From positions 86,140 to 150,139 of the forward strand of contig QZJO01000009.1 in the NCBI GenBank assembly GCA_003599755.1: a stretch of DNA of 64,000 nucleotides, read 5' to 3'. The notes under the pieces are model-generated. The model had not been told where the DNA came from. It made no database searches and saw nothing but the letters and a program-made list of their open reading frames with translations. Position numbers and translations under genes: made by a program. Numbering within the stretch: the stretch's first letter is position 1; each line of letters begins with the position of its first letter. The DNA comes from Candidatus Parcubacteria bacterium. GTDB lineage: Bacteria; Patescibacteriota; Minisyncoccia; Sungbacterales; SURF-37. This document shows, piece after piece, positions 10,168-18,831 of this stretch.

Positions 10168-10468
10168 GTCCGGCACCTTCTTAAGCATTATCGAGGTCAA
10201 TTCGCTTTTTTAGTTCAGCCCAACGTTTGCCGAACTGTTTCAGTTTCTGTTCTCTTCGTCTTGCAGCTCGTTCATCCCGGAAAGCCTCATAATATATAAG
10301 CTCCCAAGGAACGCCGGCTTTCGTAGCTCGGTTCAAACCTTCATTATGACCGGCTACGCGTTTTCGAAGATCAGCTGAAAATCCAATATAGTATCGCGAA
10401 TTGACAACACTTCTGAGAACGTACACGTAGTACATTTTCTCAATATAACGCACAAGAAGGTGCCGGAC
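10168..10468 (-). other. 23S rRNA intervening sequence (IVS) in the helix-25 region (E. coli ~545). A 15-bp perfect stem (GTCCGGCACCTTCTT / AAGAAGGTGCCGGAC) encloses a 270-nt low-GC loop carrying an ORF.
   Basis: 23S sequence is continuous outside the two arms (...GGAGUCGGAGUC | stem ... stem | CACGGCGUGCCUAUUGAAGAAUGAGCC...). Arms are 10168..10182 and 10454..10468. Loop GC ~45% versus rRNA ~55%. Confidence 0.65.
10181..10453 (-). CDS. GIY-YIG nuclease-family protein (YhbQ/UPF0213-like, 90 aa) encoded inside the 23S helix-25 IVS.
   Basis: YYVYVLRS...RYYIGFSADLRKRVAGHNEG...PWELIYYEAFRDERAARRREQKLK is the canonical GIY-YIG domain (GIY..YIG..R..H/E..N). GTG start at 10453 or ATG at 10435. Stop overlaps the stem arm. 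Confidence 0.7.
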   Translation of the reverse strand: MRYIEKMYYVYVLRSVVNSRYYIGFSADLRKRVAGHNEGLNRATKAGVPWELIYYEAFRDERAARRREQKLKQFGKRWAELKKRIDLDNA

Positions 10469-11646
10469 TCCGACTCCTTGTAGACATATGGTTTCAGGTA
10501 CTATTTCATCGCCCTCACCGGGCTGCTTTTCACCGTTCCCTCACGGTACTGGTTCACTATCGGTGACGAAGAGTATTTAGCGTTGGGTCTCTAGTCGACC
10601 CGGCTTCACGCGCAGTCGCCGAACGGCGCGTTACTCAAGAATAGATTCAGAAGGCATACGACCATTTTCGAATACGGGGCTATTACCGTCTTTGGCCCGC
10701 CGTTCCAGGCGAGTTCTTCTAATAGCCGCATGTACCTTCTCGGACCGAAGTCCGACGAATCCATCTTACAACCCCCAGCAATCCGGCTTGCGCCGAATCG
10801 ATAGGTTTGCGCTGCTCCCGTTTCGCTCGCCGCTACTCAGGGAATGGGAGTCACACAAATTGGTGAACTCATGTATGCCCACCAATTTGGGTAACTCTTT
10901 GTTTTCTCTTCCTCCGCTTACTGAGATGTTTCACTTCAGCGGGTTCGCTCTCACACGGTTTTACCCGTGGAGTCTCCGACTATTAAGTCAGAGGGGTTAC
11001 CCCATTCGGAAATCCCCGGATCAAAGGTTGCTCACCACCTCCCCGAGGCTTATCGCAGGCACGCCGCGTCCTTCATCGCCTCTTCATCCCGAGGCATCCA
11101 CCATACGCCCTTGTTTGCACTCCCACCCGATTGGGTGAAAGGTTCTGCCCGCACATGTTGTCAGATATTACTTCGTATTTTGTTTTCAACGTTCGGTCAG
11201 TCCGCGTTGCCACCGTACCGGATGTCCGTATCGAACCGCGGTTCGGTCCGGGCATCTGCCACGATCGCACGAAAAAAGGCCGCTCGAGCGGCCCCAGGGG
11301 TCGACGCACGCTGGAAAGCAGCCGCCTATTCCCGAAGGGCCATTGAAATGCCGTATGTGAGAGCTTCACGCATGTTGTTCCTATTATAGGGATATCGCCG
11401 CACGCGTCAAGAGGCCGAAAAGTGGGCTTCATCCACTGTTCACCCCCACACTCATTACGGCAACATTTCCATCCCTATGTATGAAGGCGGGGGGGGTGCG
11501 TCCGCGTTGATTCTGCCCTGCAGTCATGCGCGATGCAGCGCTTCGCGTTCTTGCGCAATGAGGGCGAGGGTTAATTCGACTTCCTCCCAAATACAAACTC
11601 CCTCGGCATTGCCGGGGGAGTTTGTTCTCTGGTTCGCAAGCGGATC

Positions 11647-12441
11647 TTATCGGCCGGTCAGCTCCCGCCGCATCCGATCGATGGCCGAAGACGCCGCATC
11701 CTTGCCGCCCAGGCCGAACGAAAGCCCGAACGCGAGCGCGAGCATCGCGACAAGGCCCGTGATCAAGGTCTGGATAAGGATTGTGGCAACGCCGAGCTGC
11801 AGGAGCGCGGCAACGACCGCGAAGACCCAGATCGCCCAGCGCGACATCACGCCCACGAACGCGCCGCGCAGGCCGGCGGCTTCCAACGAAGCGCGGACCG
11901 AGCGCTCCACCACCTCCGCGATTTTTGCGGCAATGATGATGATGAGCGCGGCGACGACGACATTCGGAAGGTACGCAAGCACCTGGCTGAGGAATACGCT
12001 CACCTGAGTCAGGCCGAGAATGTTCGCGGCTGCAAGCAAGAATACGATGATGATGAACCAACGAACGAGGGCACCGACGAACGCGCCCGTATTGAGGCGT
12101 ACGCCGCCCCGCTCCAAGGCCTTTTCCACCTCCAATTTCTGGAGCGCGGCATCAACTCGGAGCGCACGGATCACTTGCTCGACGAGCGTGCCGAGCGCGA
12201 CCGCGACGATCCAACCGATGAGAAAGACCACCACGGCGCCGATGAGCAGTGGAATGAAATTCCCCACTGCCATCCACGACTGTCTGAATGATTCGGTAAT
12301 GATTTGGCCCCACGTCTGAAATGCCATAGACAATTCTGTTGTTGCCGGCGCCAATGCCGAGCCGTGCACCCGTTCGGCACTCGTCCGCCGACGATGATTT
12401 TCTGTTATGACTGATAATTTCACCGAAGCCCGCCGCGGCAA
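11647..12441 (-). CDS. Membrane protein with repeated conserved-TM-helix motifs (CmpX/PF05552-like, mechanosensitive-channel-related).
   Basis: Repeated ~25-aa units of pattern (L/F)..(I/L)P(L/N)...A..(V/I)...G(W/L)..A. Start ambiguous: TTG at 12441 or ATG at 12327. Followed by a bulged terminator hairpin at ~11590..11620. Confidence 0.5.
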   Translation of the reverse strand: MPRRASVKLSVITENHRRRTSAERVHGSALAPATTELSMAFQTWGQIITESFRQSWMAVGNFIPLLIGAVVVFLIGWIVAVALGTLVEQVIRALRVDAALQKLEVEKALERGGVRLNTGAFVGALVRWFIIIVFLLAAANILGLTQVSVFLSQVLAYLPNVVVAALIIIIAAKIAEVVERSVRASLEAAGLRGAFVGVMSRWAIWVFAVVAALLQLGVATILIQTLITGLVAMLALAFGLSFGLGGKDAASSAIDRMRRELTGR

Positions 12442-12535
12442 CGGAATATCGCCATGGGCTCGACCCGGGCTCTCGGACTAGTTCCTTACCTATATCCATT
12501 ATAGCGGACCTGCAGGAATACGGATTCCCGTTATG

Positions 12536-12568
12536 CACAAGGCCTCTTCGCGCGAAGAGGCCTTGTGC
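12536..12568 (-). terminator. Palindromic GC-rich hairpin (CACAAGGCCTCTTCGCGCGAAGAGGCCTTGTG) after the MerR-like gene. T-rich flank on the plus-strand side only.
   Basis: Perfect 13-bp stem seen in sequence. Terminator function is inferred. Confidence 0.45.
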
Positions 12569-12594
12569 CCGTTCTTTATTATTAAAGAAGATAA

Positions 12595-14226
12595 TTAGCG
12601 GCGCATCACCGCGTCATGTACGCGCAAAAGCCCATCACCCGTTACTCCGGATACGGCATGGAGTACAGCAGCTGTTTGTTTGAATTCCATTTCCATGCTC
12701 TCGACATCGGCGAAATTCGCATGGAGCTTAGGCACGACGACCAGACGCAGTATGCCGCGAGCAGCACCCGCGAAGACGCGATCAGCCACGCGATCAAACG
12801 CCATCGGCACCGCAGCGACGATTGACACCGCTTCGGCCCCCGCCCGGGTAAACATATCGCCGATATCCACCACTGCGATCTTGGCAGCGAATCCCACCGC
12901 CCCGCGCACGCGCCCGATGCCATCCATTGCGCGTTCCATGCCGGGCAGCCGGCCCTCGATACCCAGTTCCCCCAACATCCGAAATGGCTCGCGCCCGGCC
13001 GCGTGCAAACCGTGTGCTACCGCGCCGATCGCTCGCGCCAGTCCCCGCTGCCCGCGATCAATGGCTTGGCCGAGCGCCGCTCCGTCCAGTGGGACGGCAG
13101 ACAGGCGCGCCGCGTCCGTCATTTCCGAATTCGCTGACGGCAGAGCATCGACCAATTGATGATTGGTACCCAATGCCGCTACGGCGCTGCCTAACGTCCG
13201 CTGGATTTCATGCGCGCCGGCGGGAATCAACGCCGGGCGCACCGGCGGCGAGGATGGCACCCGAACGGGACGCCGGACCGCGATCGCGGTCCCGCCGTCG
13301 GAAAGAAACCGAAGTTCGACAATCGCTTGAGAGACCGCAATGACTCGCCACGCGGCCGAACGCCACGCGTCGAATACGATGCGATCGGAAATCGGCTGCT
13401 GACCCATAGGCGGTACGGCATGGAACGGCTCTCGCAGCATCGCATCCAGTTCCTCACGCGCCTGGACCGTCGCGCCGATCGCTGCCTTGGCAAGTGGCGC
13501 GGGCGCAGCAACTTCATTTGCAAAACGCGAAGGCGATATTGGTGAAAATGCGATATGCGACGAAGTACCGAATCGCTGAAGCGCCATGCCGATACGGTCC
13601 GTCGCGCGCACTACTGCCGCATCGCTTACCGCAATCGTACGCTCCGGCAGCGAACGCACTCCTGCGCTTGTCTGGAGAACCGCCGCTTCGCTCATGCCGC
13701 CGAACGCATATCCGAGTTCCGCCGTCGCAAAAACGAGCGCGCCGACTTCTTCGAACGCAGTAGTTGTAAACCGGGCAAATGCATCCGGCGCAGCAAAGAA
13801 CGCATGCGCAATCGGAAATTCCGGACGCGGCGCCGAAAACCGAATCGCTGGAATATTACTCACGAATGAAACCACCAGCAGCATCGCAAGCATGGCAAGC
13901 GCCGAGCCGACAAGCGATTCTGGTACGCGCAACGGTGCATGCGGCACCCGAATCGCCGCTTCCGCTTCGGACGGCATGATCGGTTCGGGTACGCGTTCGG
14001 ATTCAGAAGACGATACCCCTGAATCTTTCTCGCCGTGAAAAAATATATGCTCCTCCGCTAAGCGGACGATCGAGTCAAAGTCCGCCTGCGTATAGTAGCG
14101 CCAGCCGCGATTGTCCCGCGCTGCACGGGGAATTTTCCCCTCTTGCTCCCAACGCAGGAGAGTGCTTTTGTCGCGATCGAGCCGCTTTGTAAGGTCGATC
14201 AGGCGGTAGATGCGTTCTTCAGCCAT
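12595..14226 (-). CDS. MerR/excisionase-type HTH domain fused to a TM segment and a long Ala-rich C-terminal domain (543 aa). Hypothetical membrane-bound regulator.
   Basis: N-terminus IYRLIDLTKRLDRDKSTLLRWEQEGKIPRAARDNRGWRYYTQADFDSIVRL fits the MerR/HTH_17 pattern. Hydrophobic segment LVGSALAMLAMLLVVSFV follows. Remainder is low-complexity Ala/Arg/Val-rich with no catalytic motif. Confidence 0.55.
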   Translation of the reverse strand: MAEERIYRLIDLTKRLDRDKSTLLRWEQEGKIPRAARDNRGWRYYTQADFDSIVRLAEEHIFFHGEKDSGVSSSESERVPEPIMPSEAEAAIRVPHAPLRVPESLVGSALAMLAMLLVVSFVSNIPAIRFSAPRPEFPIAHAFFAAPDAFARFTTTAFEEVGALVFATAELGYAFGGMSEAAVLQTSAGVRSLPERTIAVSDAAVVRATDRIGMALQRFGTSSHIAFSPISPSRFANEVAAPAPLAKAAIGATVQAREELDAMLREPFHAVPPMGQQPISDRIVFDAWRSAAWRVIAVSQAIVELRFLSDGGTAIAVRRPVRVPSSPPVRPALIPAGAHEIQRTLGSAVAALGTNHQLVDALPSANSEMTDAARLSAVPLDGAALGQAIDRGQRGLARAIGAVAHGLHAAGREPFRMLGELGIEGRLPGMERAMDGIGRVRGAVGFAAKIAVVDIGDMFTRAGAEAVSIVAAVPMAFDRVADRVFAGAARGILRLVVVPKLHANFADVESMEMEFKQTAAVLHAVSGVTGDGLLRVHDAVMRR

Positions 14227-14470
14227 CGGCGCAGAAATGAAAAATAATTGATCTGGAAATTTGTCGCGAATTAACGAAAGACGCCCGGCTGATCGCCGAG
14301 CGTCTTTGATGTTCTATCGCAGGTTTGGACCGGAAGCTTGAGAAAAAGACGGACTCGGCAAAATTGCCGGATTTTCATCTCTTTCTCGAGATTTCGGGAG
14401 GCCATGCAGATACTGCATATACTCCCTATACTCCTAGAATACGGCACACCCGGAGCACGGCAAAGCCCCA

Positions 14471-14480
14471 TGTGGATAAC
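14471..14480 (+). promoter_or_regulatory. DnaA-box-like site TGTGGATAAC (reverse complement of TTATCCACA) in the non-coding region upstream of efp.
   Basis: Exact 10-mer, one of four identical copies in the window, all intergenic. Confidence 0.4.
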
Positions 14481-14896
14481 CCGGGGGCAACAACTGGGTA
14501 TACTGAGTATGTTCAGTTCCCGCAGCGTGGGATATCGGCCGGCAGCGTCCGCGCGCGACCCATCAGAAGTTCTTTCCCGCGGCATTGCGCCGCTTTTCCG
14601 AATCGAGTTCTTTACTCGACTATCTCCCGCCACGGCAAGCTCCTTCAACTACTATTCTCTTTCTCACAGGGTTTTTACTCTGCGGGAATTGCACCGCAAC
14701 GGTGCACACCTTCACTGGTTCCCTTTTCCATCTCCGGGCGCCGAGTGGAGATCCACCGTGCGCACGGAGACCGCCAGACACGCGGTCTCTTTTCTTTCAT
14801 GCGTATACGCAATGCGCTGCGGCACGCGTATTGCGCACGGTCTCTCGTTCGTAGTACGCTCGTTGGGGTTATCCTCTCACTCGCCAACCGAACATC

Positions 14897-15466
14897 ATGC
14901 TCAGCATCAACGACCTCAAGGCCAAGACCATCGTCCTCATCGATGACGCGCCCTATCAGATCACCGAAATAAAACATTTGCACATGGGGCGGGGCGGTTC
15001 ATCGGTGCAGACGAAAATAAAAAATCTCGTCACCGGCCAATTGTTCTCAAGAAATTTTAAGCCAGGTGATACCTTCGAAGAAGCGGATATCGAGAAACGC
15101 GAACTCGTACATCTGTACGCGCATCGCGGCGAATATGTATTCGCGCCGAAAGAAAAACCGAGCGAGCGCTACACGCTCACGAAAGACCAGCTTGGCGACA
15201 CGGTGCAGTGGCTCATCCCGAACACGCCGGTCACGGCGGTCTTTCTCGACGACAAACTACTCGGCATCACCGTGCCGATTAAGATAGATTTCAAAGTTAC
15301 CGAAGCGCCGCCTGGGCTCAAAGGCGATACGGCGAGTGGCGGCACGAAGCCCGTGACTATCGAGACCGGCGCGATTATCAACACGCCTCTCTTCATCAAC
15401 GCCGGCGATACGATTCGGGTGAATACCGAGACCGGCGAATACGCGGAACGCGTCAGCAAGGGCTGA
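14897..15466 (+). CDS. efp: Elongation factor P.
   Basis: 189 aa with the three-domain EF-P pattern (KAKTIVLIDDAPYQITEIKH...GRGGSSVQTKIKNLVTG). Confidence 0.9.
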   Translation: MLSINDLKAKTIVLIDDAPYQITEIKHLHMGRGGSSVQTKIKNLVTGQLFSRNFKPGDTFEEADIEKRELVHLYAHRGEYVFAPKEKPSERYTLTKDQLGDTVQWLIPNTPVTAVFLDDKLLGITVPIKIDFKVTEAPPGLKGDTASGGTKPVTIETGAIINTPLFINAGDTIRVNTETGEYAERVSKG

Positions 15467-15476
15467 CGCGTTTTTT
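15449..15476 (+). terminator. Rho-independent terminator of efp.
   Basis: CGCGTCAGC-AAGG-GCTGACGCG followed by TTTTTT. The stem overlaps the efp stop codon. Also lies at the 3' end of the convergent ATPase gene. Confidence 0.8.
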
Positions 15477-17430
15477 AATCCAATCGGATTACCTCGCCCG
15501 GCGCCATCGCACTTCCACGCGGTGCGGCCGGTTCTTTTTTTCTCGGCCGCGATTCGATTGCGGGCGGCGGCGCAGCGATATCTTTCTCGTTCGATCGCGG
15601 CGGCATTTGCGCTGCCGGAACGCTCGCGGCGGCAGGGATTTTTTTCTCGCGCGGCTGATCGCCATTCATCGCCTCCGCAAGCGCCTTGCGCAGCTCCCCG
15701 AGATGATGCGCGGAGCGGCTTGCGTCGGCCTGCTTTGACTGATCGGAGCGCCGTTCGGACTCGCGCGCCGGCGCGGCCGGGCGAAGTTCTTTCAGCGACA
15801 ATGGTTTGGCGTCGCGCCGCGCGTTTCGATCGCGGCCGCCCTGCGGCCGCTCCCCTTGTTTTGCGGCAGAAGCGGACGCGGAAGATGTCGGAGCAGCACC
15901 GGTCGGCGCTGCCGCATCGGTTGGCGCGGTAGCGCCGTCGGCCATCTGGGAACGAAATTGGATCAAGTGCATATGTTCCTCGCAAAATACCGGCCGCTTG
16001 CCGTCGGGTTTGAACGGCACCAGGATCGACTTCTGGTCCACGGCGCATTTGGCCTCGTACATCGGCCGATCGGGTTTAGCCGCGGCAGCGCCGGCTGAGC
16101 GCAAGCCCGCGCCCGGAACCGCTTCAAAGCCGCCCAACGTGAATTCGCGAATCTTTTCCTCGACCTGGGCGCGCGGCGCGCTGTAGTGCTCCCGCGAGTA
16201 TTGAACAATCTCTTTGACGAAGGACTGCGCCGGCGTCGGCATCGGCGGCAGGGTCTCGGCCGAAAACGGCCGAGACGTCAGCCCGTCGATCATGAGTTTG
16301 AGATACACTTGCTTGAACCCGAGGTTAACGAGGTCCTGGACCATGAATTCGGGCATGAATTCTTTTTCCAAGAGTTCCGCATCTTCGGCGCCGATACGGA
16401 ACGTAATCATCGTACCGACGTTGCCGAAGATGGCATGCTGCACCTCCTCTTCCATTTGCGCAATGTATTGATGCGCAACGGTCAGGTTGAGACGGTACTT
16501 GCGCGCCTCGGACAAGATGTTTGCGAAGGACTCGGTGGCGAAGTTCTGGAACTCGTCGACGTAGAGGTAGAAATCTTTACGCTCGGGTTCGGGGATATCC
16601 ACGCGGCTCATGGCGGTAAGATACAATTTCGCCACCATCATGGCGCCCAAGAGCCGCGAATTCTCCTCGCCGATGTTCCCTTTCGAAAGATTTACGATGA
16701 AAATCTTCTGCTCATCCATGATGGCCCGCATATCCAGGGACGTCTCGACTTGGCCGATGACGTTGCGGATCAGCGGATTGCCGGAAAACTGGCCGATCTT
16801 GTTCTGAATCGCGGCCACGGCCTCGCGCATGTATTGCTCCGGATACTTGGCGAATTCGTTTTCCCAAAAACCCCGGATGACCGGATCGGTCAGCTGCGCC
16901 ACGATCTGGCGCCGGAATTCCTTTTCGCCGAACATGCGATTCACGGATAACAGCGTCGAGCCCTTTACTTGCAGCAGTGCGAGAATGGCATTGGCCAGAA
17001 GGTACTCCATGCGCGCGGACCAAACCTCCGGCCCGAAAATCTTTTTGAACACGCTCAAAAGGCCCGAGGTAATCAGATGTCGTTGGTCCTCGGCCACGGC
17101 TTCCATGACATTGAACGCCATCGGATATTCGATATCCACCGGATTGAAATACACAACGTCCTTGATGCGGTGCTCGGGCACAAATTGGAGCACCCGCTCG
17201 GCGTATTCGCCGTGCGGGTCCACGACCGCGACGCCATGACCGGCTTGGATATCCTGGATGGTCATGTTTTCCAGAAGCGTGGACTTGCCCATGCCGGTCT
17301 TTCCGATGATATAGACGTGCTTGCGTCGATCGCCGCGTTGGATGCCAAATCGCCGCCGCTGGCCGCGGAAGTTCGTCTCGCCAAAAAAGGTGATGTCTTT
17401 GTCGGATGCTCTGCCGTCCATGGATGGCAT
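15475..17430 (-). CDS. HerA/FtsK/VirD4-superfamily P-loop ATPase (DUF87/AAA_10 N-terminal domain plus TraG-D_C-like C-terminal module), with a low-complexity Ala/Pro/Arg-rich tail.
   Basis: Walker A YIIGKTGMGKSTLL; DUF87 hallmark VVDPHGEY; Walker B LYVDEFQNF; LTVAHQYIAQMEEEVQHAIFGNVGTMITFRIGAEDAELLEKEF resembles the TraD/TraG C-terminal motif. No TM segments. Confidence 0.7.
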   Translation of the reverse strand: MPSMDGRASDKDITFFGETNFRGQRRRFGIQRGDRRKHVYIIGKTGMGKSTLLENMTIQDIQAGHGVAVVDPHGEYAERVLQFVPEHRIKDVVYFNPVDIEYPMAFNVMEAVAEDQRHLITSGLLSVFKKIFGPEVWSARMEYLLANAILALLQVKGSTLLSVNRMFGEKEFRRQIVAQLTDPVIRGFWENEFAKYPEQYMREAVAAIQNKIGQFSGNPLIRNVIGQVETSLDMRAIMDEQKIFIVNLSKGNIGEENSRLLGAMMVAKLYLTAMSRVDIPEPERKDFYLYVDEFQNFATESFANILSEARKYRLNLTVAHQYIAQMEEEVQHAIFGNVGTMITFRIGAEDAELLEKEFMPEFMVQDLVNLGFKQVYLKLMIDGLTSRPFSAETLPPMPTPAQSFVKEIVQYSREHYSAPRAQVEEKIREFTLGGFEAVPGAGLRSAGAAAAKPDRPMYEAKCAVDQKSILVPFKPDGKRPVFCEEHMHLIQFRSQMADGATAPTDAAAPTGAAPTSSASASAAKQGERPQGGRDRNARRDAKPLSLKELRPAAPARESERRSDQSKQADASRSAHHLGELRKALAEAMNGDQPREKKIPAAASVPAAQMPPRSNEKDIAAPPPAIESRPRKKEPAAPRGSAMAPGEVIRLD

Positions 17431-17433
17431 AAA

Positions 17434-18717
17434 CTAAATCGGCAATGTCGGCGGAGGCTCCGCGCGCCGCGCCGGAATGCGCGGCAACAGCGGGGCCTTG
17501 GTTGCCAAGCCTGGAAAATGGAAAATCGTCGCAAGCTCTTCGCTATTCAATACGATCCGCTTTGATTTCATCAGAATGGTATCGGTGAAGCGCTTGCGCA
17601 GCCGGAAATATTTATAGAAGAGCTGCTTCTTTTCGAGCTTCACCTTGCGCTTGAGGAATCCGGGCCACCACCAGGTAGTTGCCGTGGCCATGGCATTGCC
17701 ATTGAGTTTAAAGCTATTGAGCGTAAGCGTATTATATTGCTTCAGGCCGCCGATGAATGAGGACAGATGGGATAGGCCGAAACGGTCACGCCGCGCGATA
17801 TAGGTGAAACGGATCACCGTCGAGAAGCCCGGCTTTGTGATGTTGCGGGAGATCGCCTTAATCTGCTCTTCGATATTCGCCGGAATCATCTTGAATTCGA
17901 ATGCCGGCTTTTTCTCCGGAGCCGGTTGCGCGGTTCCGAGTAACGCGCCGGATAATTCCTGCGCTATCATTCCGATCATGCTTTTTTTCTCCGGTACTTT
18001 TTCCCCCGCGAGTTTTTTGATCAGCGCCTCACCCTCGACTTTCCAATCGTCATCCTCCGCCGGTTGGAACAATAGCTGGTAGGCCATGTATTCGCCCGGC
18101 CCGATTTTACCGAACGCTTCGGCCATGGACGAAAACGGATCGACTTTCTCATATTCCTCCTGGCCCGGCTGCATGGAGACGAAATCCCGGTAGGTACGGA
18201 TCGGATAGGCATCTTCTTTCGCCAGGGAAAATTCGATGCCGAACAAATCCCATTCGGGCGTCGGCATGGTCGGCGGCAGTCGCCGGACGTAGTCCTCCAC
18301 TTCCACGACCTCGGCTTCGGGATACTGGGCGTAGAGATGGTTTTCGACGACGTTGCGGAAAAAAACCGGCGTGCGGATGTAAAAATGCACCTCGCCCTCG
18401 AGCGAGACCATTTCGAATATGATGTAATCGCGCTGCAGCCCCTGCCACCAGACCTCAAGCGGATCCAACGACCAAATCATGGTCTGCAATCCGCCGTAGA
18501 GCTGCTCCATCGCCTCAGGTGTTTTGGGGATGTCGCGCGGAATGCGTATCTCCAAAAGTACCCATTCGAGATTGGCGAAGTACCGTACCTTCAAATAGTA
18601 CTTCCAGAGCGCCCTGCCCGTGACAAAGAGCATGGGCGGCATCCACATCCACCACGTGTGGCTAAACAGCGCCACAACGATCGCGAGGTTATCAAGAAAA
18701 TCGAAGATGAATCCCAT
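17434..18717 (-). CDS. Hypothetical membrane-anchored protein (427 aa, one N-terminal TM, Trp-rich). Probable partner of the downstream ATPase.
   Basis: 4-nt gap to the ATPase gene on the same strand. TM segment FLDNLAIVVALFSHTWWMWMPPMLFV. No recognised domain. Confidence 0.5.
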   Translation of the reverse strand: MGFIFDFLDNLAIVVALFSHTWWMWMPPMLFVTGRALWKYYLKVRYFANLEWVLLEIRIPRDIPKTPEAMEQLYGGLQTMIWSLDPLEVWWQGLQRDYIIFEMVSLEGEVHFYIRTPVFFRNVVENHLYAQYPEAEVVEVEDYVRRLPPTMPTPEWDLFGIEFSLAKEDAYPIRTYRDFVSMQPGQEEYEKVDPFSSMAEAFGKIGPGEYMAYQLLFQPAEDDDWKVEGEALIKKLAGEKVPEKKSMIGMIAQELSGALLGTAQPAPEKKPAFEFKMIPANIEEQIKAISRNITKPGFSTVIRFTYIARRDRFGLSHLSSFIGGLKQYNTLTLNSFKLNGNAMATATTWWWPGFLKRKVKLEKKQLFYKYFRLRKRFTDTILMKSKRIVLNSEELATIFHFPGLATKAPLLPRIPARRAEPPPTLPI

Positions 18718-18831
18718 AGAACTAGTATACGAAAGGCGGCGTTGCGGCCCAACCTATCGCGCTGGACAAGTTCCGGCCTACCATACGCCGACGGCTGCGG
18801 TTTTCAAGCGACCGGAACCCGAATGCCCGAC

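Noticed and set aside
11130-11640. Searched the 23S leader and the 5S-23S spacer for tRNA genes or a 16S 3' end.
   Set aside because: No cloverleaf-compatible acceptor/T-arm pairs or GGTTCGA(A/T)TCC T-loops found. No 16S-like sequence.
14290-14800. Possible RNase P RNA (rnpB), because of a CR-III-like stretch CACCCGGAGCACGGCAAAGCC.
   Set aside because: Could not find the P4-forming motifs (AGGAAAGUCCGGGC / ACAGAANCCGGCUUA) or the CR-II GNRA-tetraloop block at the expected spacing on either strand. Kept only as an unexplained non-coding region. An Rfam scan would settle it.
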